From the IMG/VR virus record IMGVR_UViG_3300035188_001379, positions 1 to 64,000 of that record: a stretch of DNA of 64,000 bases. One strand, written 5' to 3'. The stretch comes from a virus. This document shows, piece after piece, positions 1-9,214 of the stretch. Positions within the stretch are counted from its first letter, which is position 1. Every line of letters starts with the position of its first letter. The notes under the pieces were generated by a model that worked only from the letters and a program-made list of their open reading frames with translations, ran no database searches and was not told the origin of the DNA. The position numbers were made by a program, and so were the translations under genes.

Positions 1-1
1 A

Positions 2-1474
2 CACACGCCTCCTCCTCCTAAAGTACCGTTTATTTTTAATAAGTTCATTAGCCATCTTCAAGGAGCTGGAGTAAATGTAGTGCAGCAAGGATCTAAATTT
101 CACATAAAGCCTCAAACAGATAAAGACATTGTCGCACTCTCTCACGGCGAAATTAAAGAGCCTCTCAGCTACAAACTAAAGAAGGATAACCTTATCCCAG
201 AAGACGGAGGCCTGTTTGATCCTACAGTAGTAGGTATCCACGGTGATCAGTATAACCACATAGCTTTACATCATAGAATTCCGAATCCTATGTCTGAGGA
301 GCCCCTCAGAAAGCTGCTGAAGATGACCAAGGCCTCCTATGATGAAGCTGTCTCTTCTGGAGAGCTCGAAAAGAAACTCAAGTCTATCAATATAGACTCA
401 AAAATTGAGGAGCTTAAAAAGTTTATCGCTTCTCAACGCAAGTCAGGCAGAGACGATGCAGTAAAAGCTTTAAGTTTTTTGACCATGTTAAAATCTAATG
501 GGCTTACTCTAGATGACATGCTGTTGTCTAAAGTTCCTGTTATTCCTGCGCAGTACAGACCAGTTATGGCTCAAGGTGATCAGGTGCTTACCGCAGACAT
601 CAACGAACTGTATAAAGACCTCATGTTGGTCAACAGGTCTCTTGGGGAAGCTAAAGATCTTGAAGATGTCGACCCCGCACATATTCAAGCAGCTAAACGA
701 CAGATATACAATGGAGTAAAAGCTGTGTACGGACTTGGGGAGCCTATTCAGCAAAAGAGTGTAGAAAAAAGCTATAAAGGATTGCTCGCATCTGCTCTCG
801 GGTTGCAAGGAGGATCTGCCAAGGAAAGTATGTTTCAGGCAAAAGTTGTCAACAAGCCTATCGACCTTGTTGGTCGCGCTGTACTGCTGCCTGACTCTAA
901 CTTGGAGCTAAATCAATCCAGCATTCCTCAAAGCGTAGCATGGAGTATTTTCTCTCCTTTTGTCATCCGTAGACTTGTGAGACAAGGTGTACCAGCAACA
1001 AAAGCTAGAGAGTATTTGGATAACAAGCATCCACTAGCCTTGGCTGCTCTCCACGAAGAAATGGCAGATCGCCCAGGCATCGTTACAAGAGATCCTCAAC
1101 TCTCGAAATACAACTTTCAAGGGATGTATCTAAAAATGAACCCTGATCCTAAGGATTTCAGTATAAAACTAAATCCCCTGGTGTTTAAAGGTTATGGCGG
1201 AGACAGCGACGGAGACCAGTTAAACGTGCAGTTACCTGCCTCAGAAGAAGCCAAAGAAGAGGTTAAAGAAAAGCTACTTCCTGAAAAAAATCTAATATAT
1301 CATCGGACATTTAGCCCGATATACACCCCTTCTAATGAAGCAGCCACAGGCTTGTTTGCAGCCTCCTTTGAAGACAAAAAGAATACGCCAGTTAAGTATA
1401 ACTCTGCTGACGAAGTTGTGCGTGACTTTATTGCAGGCAAGCTCGACATTGGTGATCGCGTAGACCTACCTTAA
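2..1474 (+). CDS. RNA polymerase beta C-terminus fused to beta' N-terminal half (5'-truncated by window)
   Basis: The frame is open from nt 2. HTPPPPKVPFIFNKFISHLQGAGVNV resembles the RpoB C-terminus (P.VPESF.VL..EL.SLG..V). RpoC-like motifs follow: SHGEIKEP, EDGGLFD, NHIAL, TADINELY, KPIDLVGRAVL, TRDPQLSK and catalytic GGDSDGDQ (cf. NADFDGDQ). Confidence 0.9.
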   Translation, partial: HTPPPPKVPFIFNKFISHLQGAGVNVVQQGSKFHIKPQTDKDIVALSHGEIKEPLSYKLKKDNLIPEDGGLFDPTVVGIHGDQYNHIALHHRIPNPMSEEPLRKLLKMTKASYDEAVSSGELEKKLKSINIDSKIEELKKFIASQRKSGRDDAVKALSFLTMLKSNGLTLDDMLLSKVPVIPAQYRPVMAQGDQVLTADINELYKDLMLVNRSLGEAKDLEDVDPAHIQAAKRQIYNGVKAVYGLGEPIQQKSVEKSYKGLLASALGLQGGSAKESMFQAKVVNKPIDLVGRAVLLPDSNLELNQSSIPQSVAWSIFSPFVIRRLVRQGVPATKAREYLDNKHPLALAALHEEMADRPGIVTRDPQLSKYNFQGMYLKMNPDPKDFSIKLNPLVFKGYGGDSDGDQLNVQLPASEEAKEEVKEKLLPEKNLIYHRTFSPIYTPSNEAATGLFAASFEDKKNTPVKYNSADEVVRDFIAGKLDIGDRVDLP

Positions 1475-1504
1475 ATACTCTTTATTATTATATTCTTTTA
1501 AGCT

Positions 1505-1705
1505 ATGCTTGATGAACAATTATGGTTAACCTTGAGCGACGAAGATAAGATTGAGGAAATTCAAACTTGTTTAGACCAATTACTAGCAATAGACCACGGA
1601 CAACACGAATTTTACGGCTCCAACTTACAAGGACGCTTGGTAGCTGTTAAGAAAGAGCTTCAAGATAGACTTTTTAACATTATAGATATAGAAAACGCCA
1701 TATAG
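1505..1705 (+). CDS. small acidic hypothetical protein
   Basis: 66-aa ORF, co-oriented and tightly packed; no motif recognised. Confidence 0.55.
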   Translation: MLDEQLWLTLSDEDKIEEIQTCLDQLLAIDHGQHEFYGSNLQGRLVAVKKELQDRLFNIIDIENAI

Positions 1706-1706
1706 T

Positions 1707-2582
1707 ATGAAAATCGCTGAATTACTTGAAAACTACCGAAACTTAGACAAAGGAGCAAAGCCTGCGAAGTTTAAAGCAGCTTCACAGAAGATTGCTTTTG
1801 TCCCTAATCCAGAAATAGCCGCACAGCAACAGCAGCAACAGGCCGCCGCGCAGCAACCCGCCCCTCCTCAAGGAGCCCCTCAGCAGCAACAGATGCCTCC
1901 CCAACAACCGATGCCACCACAAGGCGCTCCTCCCGATCAGCAGGCAATGCCTCCTCAAGGCCCTCCACAGCAACCAATGCCACCACAAGGAGGCGCACCT
2001 CAACAACAGCAGATGTCCCCTCTTCTGCAAGAGCTCATGATGGCTGTACAGCAGCTACCACCTGAAATACAACAGCAAGTAATGCCGTTAATTCAGCAAA
2101 TCATGAGCATGCCACCAGAGCAGAGCGAGCAATACCTACAGTCCCTACTTCAACAGATGACAGCTATCCAGCAAGGACAAGGGGCACCTCAGCAACCAGG
2201 AATGGAAGCACAGGCCCAAGAAATGATGCTTGGTGGAGAACTTTCTCCTGAAGCCTATGCAGAACAACCAGCGCAAGATGAAGCTTCGCAAGAGGCCGAG
2301 AATGCTGAAGCTTCGGCAATTGAAGCTAAAAACGAATTAGATAATGTTCGAGTGAGTTTGACTGTGCGCGAGCTGTTAGACTTGATAGGTAAAGGGTCAG
2401 CCACAGCTTCTTTGCTGAAAGTTAAACAATTAGCTGACTCCCATAAGCAGAAAATGGAGCAAATTAAACAAAAAACCGAAGCAGATCAAACTCAGAAAGC
2501 TCAACAGCAGGCTGATCAGCAAACCTCAATGATGGGTGGAGGCATTTATCCTTCACCTATGGATGCTGGGGCCGCCCAATAA
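1707..2582 (+). CDS. Gln/Pro-rich low-complexity protein with N-terminal K-x-A motifs; putative internal head protein
   Basis: MKIA...QKIA followed by QQQQ/PPQG/QQPMPPQ repeats and an acidic coiled-coil-like C-terminus. Confidence 0.7.
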   Translation: MKIAELLENYRNLDKGAKPAKFKAASQKIAFVPNPEIAAQQQQQQAAAQQPAPPQGAPQQQQMPPQQPMPPQGAPPDQQAMPPQGPPQQPMPPQGGAPQQQQMSPLLQELMMAVQQLPPEIQQQVMPLIQQIMSMPPEQSEQYLQSLLQQMTAIQQGQGAPQQPGMEAQAQEMMLGGELSPEAYAEQPAQDEASQEAENAEASAIEAKNELDNVRVSLTVRELLDLIGKGSATASLLKVKQLADSHKQKMEQIKQKTEADQTQKAQQQADQQTSMMGGGIYPSPMDAGAAQ

Positions 2583-2586
2583 GTGT

Positions 2587-2997
2587 ATGGGAGACTTCAC
2601 AAAACTAGCAGCCTACTTAGAGTCTTTCGATAAAGACTCTCCAGGCTATGACACGGCATGCTTCATAAAAATGAAGATCGCTCAAGATTTGCAAGACTCC
2701 TCCACCGTCAACAACGGAGATGCAGAAGAACTTGAGGACAACGACATCACCATGGCTACTCCTGAGCAGCAAGCTCAGAATAATGTCGAGGGAAAGGAAA
2801 TGGCTGGAGCTTTTGCTGAGTTTGATGTTTTGAATAAACTCAAAGAAGAGAAGGAAGAGGTACGTATGCCTGACAAAAAAGACTCTGCAGGTAACACCGG
2901 ACTAGATGTCTCCACAGAGGAAGCTTTTGGAGATAACGTACAAAACCAAAAGCAAGCTTCGCTGTATTCTGTCCTCTTGAATAGACTTAAAAAATAA
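2587..2997 (+). CDS. acidic hypothetical protein with K-x-A motifs; putative internal head protein
   Basis: ATG at 2587 is preferred over the overlapping 2536 start; contains TKLAA, MKIAQ, QKQAS; stop overlaps the next ATG. Confidence 0.65.
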   Translation: MGDFTKLAAYLESFDKDSPGYDTACFIKMKIAQDLQDSSTVNNGDAEELEDNDITMATPEQQAQNNVEGKEMAGAFAEFDVLNKLKEEKEEVRMPDKKDSAGNTGLDVSTEEAFGDNVQNQKQASLYSVLLNRLKK

Positions 2998-4847
2998 TGG
3001 CTACCACAACAGTAGGGCGGGTAGTATTGAAGTTTTTTACTCCTGCACAATTCCATCATTTAATCGAAGATGCGGTGCTCGATAAAAAAGGCATCGCCAA
3101 GCTTTTTGCGGAGCTTGCCGAAAAAGCCCCTAACGAGTATTCAAAAATTGTATCTGACCTTACTCGCGCAGGTTTCGAGATCGCTACTAGACAAGGCACT
3201 TCTCTTACTTTAAGCGATCTGGTTTCGCCTGTAGACAAGGATAAACTATGGGATGAGTTTGAAACTTTCAAAACAGCCGTAGAGGCCGGTAAAGAGCATA
3301 AATCTGTTAAAGACCATAAAATTTTTGAAAAGTACAACACGATGATGTCAAACATCGAAAAAGAGATTTTGGCTAAAGGCTTAGCCAACAATCAGTCTTT
3401 GGCCAAGATTGTACTCGCAGGGTCTAGAGGTTCTCCAGCTCAGTACAGAGGCACGATAGCTACACAGGGTGTGGTTGTTGACGCTGAAGGGAAACCTAAG
3501 ATGGATATTCCAATTAAAAGTTCTTATGCTGAAGGATTGTCTCTCCCTGAATATCTCACCACTTCATTTGGTACACGATCCGGTGAAGTTTTAAAAAAAA
3601 TCTCAGTAGCGCAAGGAGGCTATGGAAGCAAACAGTTTGCTCGAGCACTAATGCCTCTTCAAGTTGTAGAGGCTGACTGCGAAACCCTGAACGGTATAGA
3701 CGTATCCATTGAAGACAGAGAGTCCGTTGGCGCTTTTTTAGCTAAAGCTGTAGGTAGCTATAATCGCAATAACGAGGTTACTTTAAAAATGCTGAATGAT
3801 TTGCATCACAAAGGAATCAAGCAAATCAATATTAGGTCATCGATGACTTGTCAGTCGAATAAAAAGCACCACTCAGGAGGGCTTTGCCAGATGTGTGTAG
3901 GCAAGAGAGAAAAGGGTATGGCAGCCATGGATAGCTACATCGGACTCGTTGCAGGTACAGCCGTAGCAGAACCTCTCACGGAGAGCGCGATGAAAGCCCG
4001 TCACTCAGGAGGAGCGGCCACCAGTCTTGGAGGGCAGCAAGGGTTTAAATTAATTAACCAGCTTGCAAATATTCCCAAAACCTTCGTAGGCAAAGCCCCA
4101 CTAGCTCAAGAAGACGGTATTGTCACAAAGCTTACTCCAGCAGATGCAGGAGGGCATTTCATTTCCGTTAATGACGAAGAGCACTATATAGGCATGGACC
4201 AAACCCCCAAAGTGACACTCGGGGAGCGCGTAGAGCAGGGGCAGGCATTAAGCACAGGACTAGTTGATCCTCGTGAAGTGGTACAGTATCGAGGAATAGG
4301 CGACGGTAGAAAATATTACATGGAGGCCATGAAAAAAGCCTTTGATGATAGTGGCCTGCCTGTAAACAGACGAAATTTTGAGCTGATAGCCAAAGCAGCT
4401 ATCGACCACGTAAAAATTACCGATCCTGAAGGCATAGGAAACTACCTACCTGACCAGGTAGTAAGTTATTCAGCTATTGAAAAAGATTATCAGCCCAGGG
4501 CATCTGCTAAGATGATGCGCACTGATCTAGCTTATGGAAAATACTTAGAAGAGCCTAAGCTGCATTATTCCATTGGAACTAAAGTAACCTCGGCGGTAAT
4601 AAAACATTTAAAAGAACATGAAGTGGAGGCTGTGCTAGTACATGAGCAGCACCCCAAATTCGAGCCTGTAATGGTGCGTCTTGTAGATGTACCTGAACAC
4701 CACGACGACTGGATGCATGTATTAAATAGTACTAACCTAGCCAAAAGGTTTGTTAATATGGTAAATAAAGGAGCTACGTCTGACACGCAAGGCTCTAGCC
4801 CTATACCAGGCCTTGCTTATGGCGTTGGCTTTGGTAAAAAGGATTAA
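2997..4847 (+). CDS. RNA polymerase beta' C-terminal half
   Basis: TTVGR, GSRGSPAQ, SSYAEGLSLPEYL..SFGTRSG (bridge-helix region), Zn-site Cys (EADC, MTC, CQMC), trigger loop AEPLTESAMKARHSGG, VNRRNFELI. Confidence 0.93.
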   Translation: MATTTVGRVVLKFFTPAQFHHLIEDAVLDKKGIAKLFAELAEKAPNEYSKIVSDLTRAGFEIATRQGTSLTLSDLVSPVDKDKLWDEFETFKTAVEAGKEHKSVKDHKIFEKYNTMMSNIEKEILAKGLANNQSLAKIVLAGSRGSPAQYRGTIATQGVVVDAEGKPKMDIPIKSSYAEGLSLPEYLTTSFGTRSGEVLKKISVAQGGYGSKQFARALMPLQVVEADCETLNGIDVSIEDRESVGAFLAKAVGSYNRNNEVTLKMLNDLHHKGIKQINIRSSMTCQSNKKHHSGGLCQMCVGKREKGMAAMDSYIGLVAGTAVAEPLTESAMKARHSGGAATSLGGQQGFKLINQLANIPKTFVGKAPLAQEDGIVTKLTPADAGGHFISVNDEEHYIGMDQTPKVTLGERVEQGQALSTGLVDPREVVQYRGIGDGRKYYMEAMKKAFDDSGLPVNRRNFELIAKAAIDHVKITDPEGIGNYLPDQVVSYSAIEKDYQPRASAKMMRTDLAYGKYLEEPKLHYSIGTKVTSAVIKHLKEHEVEAVLVHEQHPKFEPVMVRLVDVPEHHDDWMHVLNSTNLAKRFVNMVNKGATSDTQGSSPIPGLAYGVGFGKKD

Positions 4848-4868
4848 TTTGCATAGCTGAGATGGTTC

Positions 4869-4897
4869 TTGATATACAAGTAAAAAATTTATAAAAT
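4869..4897 (+). promoter_or_regulatory. sigma70-like promoter
   Basis: TTGATA-17 nt-TAAAAT upstream of the 4920 ORF. Confidence 0.6.
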
Positions 4898-4919
4898 TAA
4901 ACGAACACGACACTTTACT

Positions 4920-7166
4920 ATGCGCAACTCTACTTTACCGAAATACGCCGCAGACGACCAGATCGAGGGAGCTTTTTTTCAATTAGCCTATCAGAGGCTG
5001 CAAGATACCCTTAAAAACCTCATCCCATATTTGGTCGGGTTTGAGATTGTTAAAAAGAATGAAGACAACACCAAGGCTTTAGGTGTCTTCGGTTTTCGCT
5101 CTCAGTCAGGACAAATTTTGTTTGTTCCTGCATTTTTTATTAACGGCAAGGTAAAGAATCTTGATCTTCTGTATAGCAAGAACAACGAGCAGTTCTACCC
5201 GCTGAATGAAGACTTCGCTGAGATGTTCATTAAAGATGAGCTCTTAGGCTTAGGAGAAAACTCAAAGCAGCAAAGAGCTGATATTATGCGCGACGCCACT
5301 CAAGGCGACTACCGCCAAATGAGTGTTCCTCCTCGTACAGGACGCTACGCGATTGCTTCAGTTATAGACTACGTAAAAGATGGAGATAACTTAACAAAGC
5401 AGGCATTCACTAATTTGATTGAGGAAAATGCAGACTTTTGTGAGTCTGTCCTTCGTTTTTATCCTATAGAAAAAGTGGCGGAAGCTATTAAGCTCGAGGA
5501 TGGCGACAAGTACCGCAAAGGCGATAAAGGGGCTAAAAAAATTGACTTAGTTAAAGTCGTTAAGCCTACAGATAAAGATGAAGTAAAGAAACTTACCGAT
5601 CACGATAAGCAAACGCTGCTCACCCAAGGTTACGTTATTGTTGATGACCGCGAGGAAGGACAAAAGTCTTCTTACGGAGCTGTGGACTATATCAAGAAGT
5701 TCACCAATCCTACCGAATCCGGCTTCTACTCTTACATCACAAAGCTTGGAGGCTTACGCTACGGCTTGCTAATCGTGCGTCCTAAGCAGCTGCAGCAAGA
5801 CTTCGCTACGGATGATACACTTGTAATTGATTTGGACAGTAAAGAGGGAAACACTTACGTACGCGACCATAAGCAGGTCTTTATTAAAGATCAGATCAGA
5901 GTACAAGACTACTCAATCGTACACAAGATGATGGTTGACCCGGCAGAAGCCCGCCCAGGATATTCTAATGTTTATATTCTGATTAATGAGAATCTTAAGG
6001 CTACGCAACCCTTCCGGATTAATGCTAATTTTAAAGATGCCTCAGGTATTCGTCGTATTAGCGTAGAGCCTTGCACAGAGTATTGCGGGTGTGATTCCTA
6101 TCGTTCTGGTCCAAAAGATCGTCCAGGAAGCATTCATGATCTGCCTCGCGGCAATTTCTATGAACACCCTAAAAAATTGAGCGAGATCATGCTTGTCATG
6201 ACCAAGAAGCAAGGAGACCGCTTTGAGTACAAAGACAAATCTCTCTATGTCCCAGGCGGGTTTAAACTGCTCAAAATCAATCCTACAAAGCAGCATTTTG
6301 GAGAAACTTGGTATCCTTCTGACGGGTTATCTAAAAAAGATAAGGAAGACCAAGACAAGCGCAAGAGAGACCAGGAAGCAGAGAAAGAAAAGTACTTGAG
6401 AGGAGAACCAGGCTCTCCAAGCACTCTTCACGGTATTTTACGCGACAAGAATATTCTGCCGATGAATGTGCATACAAACGGCAGCGAATATTTTGTAGAT
6501 ATCAACGGAGCTAAAAAGAAGTACGATGACCCTCTCCAAGCAAAGATCGCTATGGTTGTTGACTTGGGGCTAGACCAGAAGGTTGCCTCAGAGCTGCTCG
6601 ACTCTTTGGTTCCGGGTTTTACAAAGAAAGGCCATATCAAACTAGCGTACACCGGAGACATCTATCCCCAGCCTTTTGAAGAGCAGCCCTATGTTAATGA
6701 GTTCGGTCAAAATACCTATGTTGGGGTAGGGCAGGAAAACACGCTACCTACTATGGATAGCTACACAGGCAATCCTACAAGACAAGACCTAGGGACCATG
6801 CCAGAGATCAAGGGGGTTGATCCTAAGTATGTGCAACAAGCGATTGAGTTGGCTCAGAACGGGCAAAAAGAAATCTTTGATACTCATATGATCGGAGCAT
6901 TGGCTAAGTACGTGGGTGTTGGGGATAAAATTGCCGAATACCTTCCTTCGCTAGTCGAATCCATGGACCGTCTCGGGCGTATTTTGTTTTTGCTTCACTG
7001 GGAAACAGATAAATTCAAGGAAATGTATGGTCGTGGAGACCTGCCTGCTTTAGTAGAGCTTGTCACTAACGTGTTTAAAAATACCGGAGACCTGGTTATC
7101 TTCTTGAAGAGGAAGTCGCCAGAGTTATCCATCAACATGACAAAGGCAGATAACTTAGATTTATAA
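4920..7166 (+). CDS. large head-associated or virion protein, function unknown
   Basis: 748-aa ORF opening the head module; PKYAA near the N-terminus and IKLAY before the C-terminal domain. Confidence 0.6.
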   Translation: MRNSTLPKYAADDQIEGAFFQLAYQRLQDTLKNLIPYLVGFEIVKKNEDNTKALGVFGFRSQSGQILFVPAFFINGKVKNLDLLYSKNNEQFYPLNEDFAEMFIKDELLGLGENSKQQRADIMRDATQGDYRQMSVPPRTGRYAIASVIDYVKDGDNLTKQAFTNLIEENADFCESVLRFYPIEKVAEAIKLEDGDKYRKGDKGAKKIDLVKVVKPTDKDEVKKLTDHDKQTLLTQGYVIVDDREEGQKSSYGAVDYIKKFTNPTESGFYSYITKLGGLRYGLLIVRPKQLQQDFATDDTLVIDLDSKEGNTYVRDHKQVFIKDQIRVQDYSIVHKMMVDPAEARPGYSNVYILINENLKATQPFRINANFKDASGIRRISVEPCTEYCGCDSYRSGPKDRPGSIHDLPRGNFYEHPKKLSEIMLVMTKKQGDRFEYKDKSLYVPGGFKLLKINPTKQHFGETWYPSDGLSKKDKEDQDKRKRDQEAEKEKYLRGEPGSPSTLHGILRDKNILPMNVHTNGSEYFVDINGAKKKYDDPLQAKIAMVVDLGLDQKVASELLDSLVPGFTKKGHIKLAYTGDIYPQPFEEQPYVNEFGQNTYVGVGQENTLPTMDSYTGNPTRQDLGTMPEIKGVDPKYVQQAIELAQNGQKEIFDTHMIGALAKYVGVGDKIAEYLPSLVESMDRLGRILFLLHWETDKFKEMYGRGDLPALVELVTNVFKNTGDLVIFLKRKSPELSINMTKADNLDL

Positions 7167-7175
7167 TCTAGTCCT

Positions 7176-8135
7176 ATGCCTGACGAAGATCAATCTAGCT
7201 CCTACCTGGAAAGGTTGGCTGCTTTAGACTTACTACGTGAGAACATTCTTTTTTCTCAGCCTAGTAAGCTGAATATCTCAAATTCTTTGGAAGACCTGCC
7301 TGGCGTGTTTAGATCAGCTGCCCCGCTAACCAAAAACATTGTTCCTTCTGCAGCCATTATTTCAAAAGATCCAGAAGAGCGCCAAAAACAGATTAACGAC
7401 GCTATAAAGAAAATAAAGGCTTCCAAGAAGTCTAGTAAATCCTTAGGAGACGAAATAACTCATAATGTGTATAACTTAGGAGTTAAGGCATTACCTCTCA
7501 GCTTTTTACTTAGCTCTGCCTTTCATATAGCCTCTCCTAGAAACCCATTTTTCAATGGGACTCTTAGATCTCCTATAACCCCTATTAAAAATATTAAAAA
7601 ACTTTTAGATAGTCCTCGCTACAGAGGCTACCTAGCCAGAAGCGCAGCAAAAGATTCTTTAATAGGTGCAGGGATGGGAGCAGCAGCAGGCGCTATTTAT
7701 CCCATAGTTTCAAACAAGGTGGACCCTTCAGATAAGGCGCTTGAGGAGGCCGCCACAATAATGCAAAACGAGCCTTTGCTTACTAGCTTACCTCCGGCAG
7801 AAGCCCTTAGCGCGATGCGCAACGGACCCAGTTCTGAGCCTATAAATAAATTAAAAAATGTTGCAATAGGTGCCGGTACTGGCTTAGGCTTTGGAGCGTT
7901 AGGATCCTTGTCATCGACAGGAATAAAAGCTTTAGGATATGGTGCAAGTAATCTGTATCGTAAGCTGACTGGGCAAGAATTAAATAAAAACGTCTTAAAA
8001 AGGCTTTCGTCAGGACTACTAAAAGATCTCAAAGTCACTTTACCTCTTGGTGCAGGATTGGGGGCCGTTTCTGGCTTAGCTACTAAAAATTTAAGTGATT
8101 ATGACCAGCAAAAAACTGACACCGATCAGACTTAA
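7176..8135 (+). CDS. glycine-zipper-containing putative virion (ejection) protein
   Basis: GAGMGAAAGAI, GAGTGLGFGALG and GAGLGAVSGL hydrophobic Gly-rich helices; basic protein. Confidence 0.55.
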   Translation: MPDEDQSSSYLERLAALDLLRENILFSQPSKLNISNSLEDLPGVFRSAAPLTKNIVPSAAIISKDPEERQKQINDAIKKIKASKKSSKSLGDEITHNVYNLGVKALPLSFLLSSAFHIASPRNPFFNGTLRSPITPIKNIKKLLDSPRYRGYLARSAAKDSLIGAGMGAAAGAIYPIVSNKVDPSDKALEEAATIMQNEPLLTSLPPAEALSAMRNGPSSEPINKLKNVAIGAGTGLGFGALGSLSSTGIKALGYGASNLYRKLTGQELNKNVLKRLSSGLLKDLKVTLPLGAGLGAVSGLATKNLSDYDQQKTDTDQT

Positions 8136-9180
8136 CCAGATAGGGTCTTTTTATAACTTTCCGAATTGGCGGTATCTTATCTATCTTGAACCTGAAAGAG
8201 CAAACCTGGCGCACTGTAGAGATAAACCCAAAGATGGAAATGCCCGTCTACGACGGTATATATCACAGGCAGCACAGTCACCGACGGTATCCTTTTCCTT
8301 TTCTCCTTTTTTTAGTAGAGTTTTATTGCGGTTAAGTCTAGCGCAGCGAGACCTGCTGTATAAGCTGTTCAATAAAAAACTCAAAGCTCAAGGAGACCGG
8401 AAAATTTTTGTACCAGTTTACTCTGAGGCTGTAGGTGTTTGGAATGCTAAGTATATAGCACTAATAACAGACAAGCCCCTACGTAATTTTCTATACCATA
8501 TCGCACACATAAAGCACTCAGCAGACTATGACTTTGCAGTCAGGTTTAGAAATTCCACAGAGCACCAAAGAACTTTTTGTGTTATAGGCTATTGTATTTT
8601 TGCCGGGCTATCTGACGGGGTTATAGCTTATCGCCACAAGTTAAGGCTAGGGCAAGTAAGAGCCATTCGTGAGCTCTTCTTTGATTTTACTAATGCACCG
8701 ACGGATGCGGTAGCCAGGGCAGCGTATTTTACTCAGCTCACAGATAATCAAATCATAAGCGACGTTGATCGCAGATACTTTAAGATCATAGGCTCTCTTG
8801 GTGAGCTAGGACTTAAAGCCGACGCCGACCCTACTAGCCTGACCCTTGAAGAGAAAGAGAGGCTTCACACTTATCTAGCAGACTCTATGCTTGATAATGT
8901 GACCTCCTTGTATTTCTCAATAGAGGATAAAAAAGACGCTGTAGCTTACAATGCAGTAATCAACAACCTTGCCTCTTTTCTTATAAAGAAAGAAGAGATT
9001 GGCTATTACCGTGCCAAGGTAAAGCATTTAGATGCATCTACCGCGAGAATAGTTAATGAGCGCACAAACTACGACACAGGGATGCAGGAAGAAGATGTAC
9101 TGGCGATGGAATTGATATCTAAGCTTGCTCTTAAAGAAAACGCTTTACCCGAATATAAAGTAATTACGCAATTGAATTAA
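8101..9180 (+). CDS. hypothetical protein (possibly DNA-binding or packaging-related)
   Basis: About 360-aa ORF; ATG at 8101; basic N-half and helical C-half; not K-x-A rich; no family recognised. Confidence 0.55.
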   Translation: MTSKKLTPIRLNQIGSFYNFPNWRYLIYLEPERANLAHCRDKPKDGNARLRRYISQAAQSPTVSFSFSPFFSRVLLRLSLAQRDLLYKLFNKKLKAQGDRKIFVPVYSEAVGVWNAKYIALITDKPLRNFLYHIAHIKHSADYDFAVRFRNSTEHQRTFCVIGYCIFAGLSDGVIAYRHKLRLGQVRAIRELFFDFTNAPTDAVARAAYFTQLTDNQIISDVDRRYFKIIGSLGELGLKADADPTSLTLEEKERLHTYLADSMLDNVTSLYFSIEDKKDAVAYNAVINNLASFLIKKEEIGYYRAKVKHLDASTARIVNERTNYDTGMQEEDVLAMELISKLALKENALPEYKVITQLN

Positions 9181-9214
9181 CCTGCAAAACCTGCTATAAA
9201 TATAAAAATTATAT

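Noticed and set aside
2-4847. Cellular rpoBC operon or eukaryotic giant-virus RNAP
   Set aside because: The sequence is too divergent for a cellular operon, has no ribosomal-protein neighbours, and is embedded among tailed-phage genes with a bacterial-type sigma and tmRNA.
4849-4858. TTGCATAGCT also present at 52121, both near promoters
   Set aside because: A single 10-mer match is expected many times by chance in 64 kb, and I found no third copy.
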